The notes under the pieces: model-generated
Database searches by the model: none
What the model was told of the DNA's origin: nothing
The model's input: the letters and a program-made list of their open reading frames with translations, nothing else
NCBI GenBank assembly: GCA_022750295.1
Contig: JAKIVZ010000001.1
Location: 5,651-69,650 of the forward strand
From: Candidatus Lutacidiplasma silvani
Lineage (GTDB): Archaea; Thermoplasmatota; Thermoplasmata; Lutacidiplasmatales; UBA184
DNA length: 64,000 nucleotides
Reading direction: 5' to 3'
Shown: piece after piece, positions 57,055 through 64,000 of the stretch
Position numbering within the stretch: the stretch's first letter is position 1
How the letters are laid out: each line of letters starts with the position of its first letter
Program-made: the position numbers and the translations under genes

Positions 57055-59766
57055 ATGGATCGCGCCCCTTCGGATCCGGCTCGTCGAGTCCGAGGGTCGG
57101 TCGCCACGGCGTCGTGGACTCGAGCGGGCACCGCCTTGCTCGTCACGCTCGCGCTGATCCTGACGATCGGCGCAGGACCCGGCTTCCCTATTCCGTCCCG
57201 GTCCGCGGCTCCGTCCGAAGGAGCGGCCGCCTCCGACTCCGGGCGCTCGCCCGTCCCGGTCCCGTCCCCGCCATCGAACATTGGGTCCAGCCCTCTTTCC
57301 GTCAACGACTCCGTCTCGACCTCGACCGTGTGCGCCTTCGGGGTGGCGACGTGTCCGGGGATTCCCGGCGCGGTGCAGGTCCGGCTCGCCGTGGCGGCCC
57401 CTTCCCTTCCCACCGGGAACCAGTCCCGCGTCGAGGTGCTCTACCTCCTCGACGTCTCTCAAATGACCACCGACGAGAATCTCTGTCCGTCGTTCGGCTC
57501 CTGCGTCCCCGGGGGCACGGGGGCCGTCCAGATGTTCACCGCCTCCGCGGGCACGATTGCGGCGACCCTGCAGCGGGCCCACCCCGCCATGAACCTCTCG
57601 TTCGCGATGGCCGTGACCGAAGGGACGACGGGGGCGTTCGACGACGACGACAGCCCCGTCTTTGCGGTGCCGGTGGGCGACTTCACGAATGCCACCGAGT
57701 TCGGCAACGCGGTGAACCGTTCCTGGACGCTCCCCGGCGATATCGATGTGGCGGACAACGCCCTTCAATCCGGGGTCATCGCGGCGATGTACGGGGCCTT
57801 CACCGGTCAGTTCGGCGACACCCCGAACTTCGCGTACAGCCAAGTCAATTGGACCCCCAATAGCCGCCACGTGGTCGTGTGGATCGGCGCGACGGCCCCT
57901 CAGGACCCGAACTACCTCGAAGACTACTGTCCCATCACCGGGGACTCTTCCTTCTGCGCCTCCAACGATTCGACCGGGGGACTGGAGCCGACCTGCGAGC
58001 CGTCGTTCAACTTTTCGGCCGGTCCGAGCCCCCGGTGTGAGGGGTGGGTCGCCTCGCAGGACGCGAACCCCCTGGACTCGATCGCCGCCCTCTCGCGAGG
58101 CGGGGCCGCATGCCTCAACTCGAGCCTCGGCCGATGCACGGTGGATTCCATCATCCTGAACGCCACCTCGACGAACCCCGGGTCTCCCGACTGGGCGCCC
58201 TCCAATCGGTCCGGGGACAATGCCTCCGATGTCCAGCAGAACACCGCGCACGTGGTGGCCGCGGGATGCGATCTCGCCACCCTTAGCGGAGGTTCGTGGG
58301 ACGGTCCGCAGAACTCGACCTGCGGTAACGTCTCCGGCACACTTCCGTACATCCCCACGACGCACAACACCCCTCTCTTGGACGCCCTCGCGAACGTCTC
58401 CGTTGGCGGGACCGGGGTGGGAGGGATCGTCGCGTCGCCGGCCGGCCCCGCCCCGATGTTCCAGTTCGTCACCACCCCGACGTTCGCCGCGGCGACGACG
58501 CTGAACGCGAGCGCCCAGTGCTCCTCCCCCGGCGGACCGCTGGCGGAGTGCCCCCAGTCGCCCTCGGTGACGGTCGTGAACGGCAGTACGATCCTCACCT
58601 GGAACTGGTCGAGCGCAGGGTCGCCGGGGGCGATGGGTACGGGCGATGTGTGGTCCGCCGTCTTCGACCTTGCCGCGGTGGGCGGCCCGTCGAACGGCAG
58701 CCTGCTGGACGAATGCAGCTCGCCCGAATGCGTCGAGGCCCCGAACGGGTCGGCCCCGCCGGCCACGAGTGGCGTCACGTACGTCCCCTGGGGTCTCTCC
58801 GGGGTTCTCCTCCAGTCGTTCGGGCCGCTCTGGGTCTCCGTCGCGCCCACGTCGGTCTTGGTCGCGGCGCTGGTCCCGTTCGACTCGGTCGTCGAAGCCC
58901 CGGCGAACGTGAGCCTCCAGCTCGTCGCCGCCGGCGGGCATCCGCCGTACTTCGTGACCTGGACGTTCGGGGATGGCACGACGGAGACTACCCCCTCCTT
59001 GTTCGAGAATCATACGTACCTCGGCGGAGGATCGTTCCCCCTGGCCGTCGGGCTCCGCGACTCGAGCGGGACCCTACGCAACTTCACCCAGACGATCACC
59101 GTCGTTCCGCCGCTCGTCGCGACCGCTTCGCCCCTCGTCGTCAACGGCACGGCTCCGTTCCCGGTCTGGTTCCACGCGGACCCCGGGGGTGGGGAGGCGC
59201 CGTACGAGGTCGTCTGGACGTTCGCGGGCGGGGATTCGGACACCGGGACCCTCGTGGAGTTCACATTCTCCACCCCGGGGAACTTCACCGTGGGCCTCGA
59301 AGTGACCGATGCGTTTGGGAGGACGGTCAACGCGACCGTGACGGTGAACGTCTCCCCCGCGACCCCATCCACTCCCCTCGCGGTCACGGGCTCCGCAAGC
59401 GAGCTGTCCGAGTCGTCGTGCGGGACCGGGAACCTGAGCGCCCGGTTCGTCGGCGTCGCAGATGGGGGCGTTGCCCCCTACTCGTACGCGTGGACGTTCG
59501 CCGGCGGCCAGGTCGAGTACGGAACTCCCGTGACCGCGAGGTTTGTGGGGAACGAGTCGAGGATCGCCACGTTGTCCGTGACCGATTCTGACGGGTCGAC
59601 GGCTCATGTCGAGGTCGGGCCTCCATCGGAGATTCCGGCCCTGGACCAGACCTGCGCGACCCCGTCGTCGGGACTCTTCTCGCCCGTTGTCCTCGTGCTT
59701 CTCGCGGTGGTCGTCGTCGGCTCGTTCGGGGCCGTCGTCCTCCTTGTTCGATCCCGGGGACGATAA
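57055..59766 (+). CDS. large secreted surface protein with PKD/Ig-like repeats and a C-terminal TM anchor
   Basis: Signal anchor (…ALLVTLALILTIGAGPG). A Cys-containing N-terminal domain of about 450 aa, then PKD modules (WTFGDGT, WTFAGGD motifs) and a C-terminal TM VVLVLLAVVVVGSFGAVVLLV. Many sequons. Confidence 0.55.
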   Translation: MDRAPSDPARRVRGSVATASWTRAGTALLVTLALILTIGAGPGFPIPSRSAAPSEGAAASDSGRSPVPVPSPPSNIGSSPLSVNDSVSTSTVCAFGVATCPGIPGAVQVRLAVAAPSLPTGNQSRVEVLYLLDVSQMTTDENLCPSFGSCVPGGTGAVQMFTASAGTIAATLQRAHPAMNLSFAMAVTEGTTGAFDDDDSPVFAVPVGDFTNATEFGNAVNRSWTLPGDIDVADNALQSGVIAAMYGAFTGQFGDTPNFAYSQVNWTPNSRHVVVWIGATAPQDPNYLEDYCPITGDSSFCASNDSTGGLEPTCEPSFNFSAGPSPRCEGWVASQDANPLDSIAALSRGGAACLNSSLGRCTVDSIILNATSTNPGSPDWAPSNRSGDNASDVQQNTAHVVAAGCDLATLSGGSWDGPQNSTCGNVSGTLPYIPTTHNTPLLDALANVSVGGTGVGGIVASPAGPAPMFQFVTTPTFAAATTLNASAQCSSPGGPLAECPQSPSVTVVNGSTILTWNWSSAGSPGAMGTGDVWSAVFDLAAVGGPSNGSLLDECSSPECVEAPNGSAPPATSGVTYVPWGLSGVLLQSFGPLWVSVAPTSVLVAALVPFDSVVEAPANVSLQLVAAGGHPPYFVTWTFGDGTTETTPSLFENHTYLGGGSFPLAVGLRDSSGTLRNFTQTITVVPPLVATASPLVVNGTAPFPVWFHADPGGGEAPYEVVWTFAGGDSDTGTLVEFTFSTPGNFTVGLEVTDAFGRTVNATVTVNVSPATPSTPLAVTGSASELSESSCGTGNLSARFVGVADGGVAPYSYAWTFAGGQVEYGTPVTARFVGNESRIATLSVTDSDGSTAHVEVGPPSEIPALDQTCATPSSGLFSPVVLVLLAVVVVGSFGAVVLLVRSRGR

Positions 59767-60083
59767 CGAACCTCGCGGACCGGTGGCGCCCGGAACACGA
59801 GTCTTCGCCACGAGGATGGGTTGAGAGGGGGGGCCGAACAGATCGCTCGCTTCGGGCGACGGGAGTCGTCGGCTCCCCCGAACCTCCCCGGCGACACCGG
59901 TCTCTTCGGCCGGGGCCGCCCCGCGAACGAGTTCGGGCCCCCGACCGGGGGTCGAGCCAGAGCCCGCGGGTTCGGCCGACGGAGTGGCGTTTCCGAGCGC
60001 TGGGACCCGTTCCGGAGCCCCAACCGCCGACTTCGGTCGCGGGGGGAAAGCGGCTTAACCGTCCTTGTCTCCGCAAATGCCGC

Positions 60084-60371
60084 ATGGGCGACATCGCGAG
60101 TATCCGCGCCAACCAGAATGCGACCTTCTCCGCGGCGATCACGGCGATCTCCGCGCCCCGTGAGGTCACGACCTCGCGCGGCACCTCGTCCGTCGCCGAC
60201 GCCACGCTTCAGGACGAGACCGGCACGACGACCCTGACCCTGTGGGGCGACGACATCTCGAAGTACAAGGTCGGCACCAAGATCCAGATCACCGACGGCT
60301 GGGTCAAGGACTTCAAGGGGAAGCTCCAGGTCTCTCTCGGACGCTCCGGGAAGATCACGATCCTCCCGTAG
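60084..60371 (+). CDS. OB-fold ssDNA-binding protein (short RPA/SSB-like)
   Basis: 95 aa with …SVADATLQDETGTTTLTLWGDD…KIQITDGWVKDFKGKLQVSLG… typical of single-OB-fold nucleic-acid-binding proteins. Confidence 0.6.
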   Translation: MGDIASIRANQNATFSAAITAISAPREVTTSRGTSSVADATLQDETGTTTLTLWGDDISKYKVGTKIQITDGWVKDFKGKLQVSLGRSGKITILP

Positions 60372-61237
60372 GCGAACTCCTTTCGACAACGGGCTCCCGT
60401 CCACCTGCGTGGACGGGTGCCCCCATTTCGCTTTCCGGGGGCGGCGCGAGTCAGCCCGCAACTCTGGAGCCTAGAACGGCTCTACGCTCGGGGGGCCGCC
60501 GAAGTCTAGGAAAGGAGTTGGCGGAGGTCGATGGATTCCGAGTTGCCCCGGTGCGAAACGCCGCGGAGTCACATCCACCGCGCGGGTAGGTCCTACATCG
60601 GAACGCCATCCTCGCAGCGTGGCCACCCTGGAACTTCCGCCCGTGGGCCGGCTCATTCCCTGCTCCGTCGATTGGAAGGTCGGGACGAAACCCGATTCGC
60701 TCTGGCGACTTTGGACCAGCGGGACGGACTCGGAGCGCTGGTAGGACCCGGACGACCTCTTCACGACGCTTGGTCCATGGCAGGTTCGCATCGGCGGGGC
60801 GGTCGAGTACGTCATCGCCGGGATCGTGGACGATTCCCATCGGGTGGGGAAGTTCGAGGACGCGGGGATCCTGACGTCCCCCCCCCGCGGCGTAGGGAGT
60901 TCCCTGCAGGGCGTGCCGTCGGGAGGGTCGGGCACTCCGTCCGTGGTTGGAGTTCGGCCCCCGATTCCCGCGGATCGAGTATCGAAGGTAGGGCAAGTTC
61001 TATTCCGAGCCCGACCGGATCTCTGTCCCCCTGACGGCCGAGTGCCCCACCAGCTCCCACTGGCCGACGCTCGGCCGGTGGAATCTCGATGGGCAATCGG
61101 ACGGTTCGATGCGGAACTTCGCGATTCGGCTCCCGACGTACGCCGTCGAGTTCCCCTTGGCCCGGCGTCCCTCGAACTGTCGCGGGGCGCCGCTCCGGAT
61201 TTTCCGTCCCGTGGTCCCGCGTTCGGGGACGCGCGCC

Positions 61238-62263
61238 TCATTCGCCCGAGCGCGCCGGAGCTGGGGGTGGCGGGCCGGGGAAGTCGGCCCCGGCGGGAAT
61301 GGCGGAGGTCGTCGGAACAGGTGGGTGACCGGCCCGCGGCACCGGATCACCCGCCGGCGAACCGGGAGACGACGGCGTGTCGGGAGCCGAGCCGTCTACC
61401 AGCTTTCGGGATCCGGGGAGTTTGTAGAGAGAGTACGCGGCGAGCGCCACGACGGCGGTGGCCAGCGTCCCAAAGAGAAGGTCGCCCACGACCGACCCGA
61501 CCCATCGCAACTTGAGGACGACCTCGGTGAGGCCGAACGTGACGACTAGGCCATCCATCGCCATCACGAACCGGGTGAACACGTCTCGAGACACGCGACT
61601 CATGAGCCACGTACCAACCGGGACACCGATCACGACCGGGATGAGCAGGTAGGGGATCAGCCCGAGCGAGGGGGCGGCTACGAGATTGGCGCCTAGGAAT
61701 TCGGTGAATGCGAGATAGGTTACGAGCGTGAGACTCGACTCCGCGACCCGGACCTGGGCCATCGTGCAGCGGAATTCGTTCTTCGACAGTCCCTGATTCC
61801 GGAAGAACACGGCAAGCGGGGGTCCGGAGATGGTCGTGAGGGCGTAGAGGAAGCCGACACCCGGACCGAGGACCGCACCGCCGCGACCCTCGTTGGAGAA
61901 CGGGCGCCGGAGCCCGAGGAGTTGGACGAAGACGACCGGGAGCAGCACGAGGTAGACCGCGACCTTCACCTCGTTGACGGCGAGGTACGTCAGCCCGATG
62001 GTCCCCAGCACGACCCCGGGCAGGAGGGTTTTCACGACGGGCATGGCGCGCGCGGTGGTCGCGGAAATGTAGGCGCGCTCTCGGTACAGGAGGGTGACGT
62101 TGACGAGGAGCTCCACGCTGACGAGCGCCGGATTCAGGAGCTTGTTTGAGAACCAGAGAACTCCCACCGGCGTAACGATCGAGGAGAACCCGTACCCGAT
62201 CGCCCCGTTGATAATCGCGGCGAACAGGGCTACGAGGGCGAGGTAGAGGTCGGAGACGTTCAT
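61238..62263 (-). CDS. TauE/SafE (DUF81) family sulfite/anion exporter
   Basis: …AIINGAIGYGFSSI… motif and two 4-TM halves. The C-terminal 50 aa are low-complexity and may be an over-extension. Confidence 0.65.
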   Translation of the reverse strand: MNVSDLYLALVALFAAIINGAIGYGFSSIVTPVGVLWFSNKLLNPALVSVELLVNVTLLYRERAYISATTARAMPVVKTLLPGVVLGTIGLTYLAVNEVKVAVYLVLLPVVFVQLLGLRRPFSNEGRGGAVLGPGVGFLYALTTISGPPLAVFFRNQGLSKNEFRCTMAQVRVAESSLTLVTYLAFTEFLGANLVAAPSLGLIPYLLIPVVIGVPVGTWLMSRVSRDVFTRFVMAMDGLVVTFGLTEVVLKLRWVGSVVGDLLFGTLATAVVALAAYSLYKLPGSRKLVDGSAPDTPSSPGSPAGDPVPRAGHPPVPTTSAIPAGADFPGPPPPAPARSGE

Positions 62264-63577
62264 GAGGGGGTCCGGGAAGGGCTAGGGGTGCACACGCATC
62301 CATACTTACTCCTGTCGGAACCGACCCGGGTCGTCTCACGTTTCAAACGTGGGGCGCCCGGCGGTTCGTCCCGTCGTTTTCGGACTCCCGGTCGAAGACG
62401 GGTCCGGTCGCGGTCCCACGGCCTCTTGGGTTCGGAGTCCCGAGCTTCGAGGGTGCGGGGCAGGAGGTTGACTCTCCTCGAAGAAGTCCAATCGGTCCTT
62501 CCGTCGAGCCGCGGGTGGGAAATCGAAGATCCTCTTGTTCTCCCGAAACCGTTCGCGGCGCGTGCTCCTCGAGAACGAGACCACGCCGGGCGGCACCCTC
62601 CAGCGGAGAAAGCCCTCAGCCGCCGTCCTCGTGGGGGCCCGGGCTCCGTCTGGGAGGTCGGGTTGTTCGACGCGGGCTCCGCGGAGGAGCGGGCGGTCCC
62701 CTCGGGCGCGGTCCTTCGATTCCGTCAGTATTCTCGGTCGTCGGTCCGATCCAGGCACGTGTCAAACCCCAGCTGTTGACCGCGGGAACGATCGACGCCG
62801 CCTTCGCGAGTGCTTCGAGCTGATTGACGGTGAAGTCGCTGGCTCCGACCGCCCGGCACCGGTCGGTGGAAGTCCCCCTATGCCCCTCCTTCCCTCGTTC
62901 CATTTTTCCCCCCTCCAGCCAGCGGATCAGGGCGGAGCCGACAGGTTCGGTCCCCAGGTGATGCAACCGCTCCTCGACCGCCGCCGCGGTCCGGATTTGG
63001 TCTTGATTGGCCCGGACAATCTGGTGGTCACGCAGCGCGGGCCGAGGGGAATCCCGATGTCGCCGATTCCCAGTCGACTGCTCGTTCGTACCGGCATGCC
63101 TGGGCCGTGTCGAGCAGTCGCCACCTGTAGCGCAGCGCCTCGGGCCGTGAGGCCGGGGTGTCAGCCCGGTCCTACGTACGTCACGAAACCGAGCATCGGG
63201 ATCTCTCGGCCTTGGTTCCGCCGCAGGCGAACCGATGCAACCCGTCCCATCGAACTCGGCCCTCGAGTGTTGGGCATGGAGGGTTCTTTCCCCGCGGCAG
63301 GAGGCACGCCGTTGTCCCGGGGAGTCGGCGGGGAGCTTAGTCCTGTTCGGATCCGAGCCCGGCGGATCTGGATTCCATCCTCTCGGTCCGCGCCCGAGCG
63401 CGTTCGGAGCGGACGTTCGGGGGGCGGCCAGAACGGGCGGCCGCTCCGGTCGGTGATACCCCCAGTGAATCAGTAAGTTCCGGCGGGAACGGAGACGCGC
63501 GAGTGCCGGGTTCTTAGGGAGAACGATGTACCGGACCGTCGGGTAGGCCATTGCAGGTCGCCCCGGAAGGATCGAGA

Positions 63578-64000
63578 ATGAGGAAGAGAGGGAATCTGGC
63601 CGTCGCGGCGATGCTCGGCGTGGTGATCGCGGTCATCTTTATGGTGCCCGCGCAGGCCTCGTCCGTATCCTCGCTGCCGACCGCGTCGAACCACGGAATC
63701 GACTTCCCGCCCACCACGGCCGAACGAGCGATGGGCGCACCGGGCCCGATGCACGGGCCGTCGGTCGCCGTCCACCCCTCGAACCTCGCTGACGCGGTGT
63801 TCCCACCGACCGTCTCGCCGCCGCACGCCGGCGCGCAATCGTTCGTCCCCGGCTGCTCGAAGACGGCATGCCCGATGGGCGTGACCGACTATGGCATCAC
63901 GCCGACGGGCACGAGCTACGGCTACACCGCCGCCACGATGTCGGCGTACGCCGACGTCTCGGTGCTGAAGATCGGCGCCGCCACCGGCGGCGGATGCCTC
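63578..64000 (+). CDS. secreted protein, 5' partial (runs off the window)
   Basis: ATG at 63578 preceded by ggaaggatcgag. Signal peptide MRKRGNLAVAAMLGVVIAVIFMVPAQA. Open to the window end; absent from the ORF track because no stop is reached. Confidence 0.4.
   Translation, partial: MRKRGNLAVAAMLGVVIAVIFMVPAQASSVSSLPTASNHGIDFPPTTAERAMGAPGPMHGPSVAVHPSNLADAVFPPTVSPPHAGAQSFVPGCSKTACPMGVTDYGITPTGTSYGYTAATMSAYADVSVLKIGAATGGGCL

Noticed and set aside
59767-60083. Possible RNase P RNA 3' region because of 'aagcggcttaacc' resembling the P4 strand CGGCUUA
   Set aside because: No GGAAAGTCC, AGGGCAG or other P4/CR-I to CR-V elements are present. More likely a promoter (TATA-like gcttaacc about 25 bp before the OB-fold gene).
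1-64000. CRISPR arrays, rRNA genes, IS elements/transposases
   Set aside because: No regularly spaced direct repeats, no rRNA-like conserved stretches and no transposase-like ORF were seen. The only recombinase (15752–16663) looks like chromosomal XerA, with no flanking att repeats or tRNA adjacency.

Overview
This 64-kb window is very GC-rich (about 70%) and comes from an archaeal chromosome. The evidence: the conserved archaeal cluster Pus10–L21e–RpoF(Rpb4)–DUF655–KsgA, a XerA-type tyrosine recombinase, TATA-like boxes about 25–30 bp upstream of starts, many GTG/TTG starts and ATGA start/stop overlaps. Because of the GC content the six-frame track is full of very long antisense ORFs with Arg/Pro/Gly-rich translations, which I treat as artefacts. 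I support about 60 protein genes and one tRNA-Cys(GCA) at 21890–21962 with its own promoter. The informational and core-metabolic genes are MetRS, flavin-dependent thymidylate synthase ThyX, TtuA/NcsA-like tRNA thiolase, RibA, a PHP phosphoesterase and 3-hydroxybutyryl-CoA dehydrogenase. There is an aminotransferase–ADH–SDR operon and a NADH dehydrogenase II. A heme-copper oxidase has subunits I and II fused in one polypeptide and lacks CuA. An orphan membrane-anchored PstS-like phosphate-binding protein sits next to a large polytopic membrane protein with two C-terminal [4Fe-4S] motifs. Four giant secreted, sequon-rich surface proteins share an Ig/PKD-like repeat, and three of them lie together. 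A slightly lower-GC patch at 32.6–36.6 kb holds a small Cys-rich secreted protein, a possible decayed AbiEi/AbiEii-like pair and a stand-alone HNH endonuclease. Several stress/detox genes are present: two AHSA1/SRPBCC paralogues, ArsR, HxlR, DUF1801, UspA, GNAT and ZIP. I saw no CRISPR array, rRNA or clear transposon. The most unusual items are the oxidase fusion, the PstS/Fe-S membrane-protein pair, two roughly 0.9–1.3-kb stretches with no convincing ORF (possible ncRNA or decayed genes), and a tRNA T-arm-like motif at the window edge.
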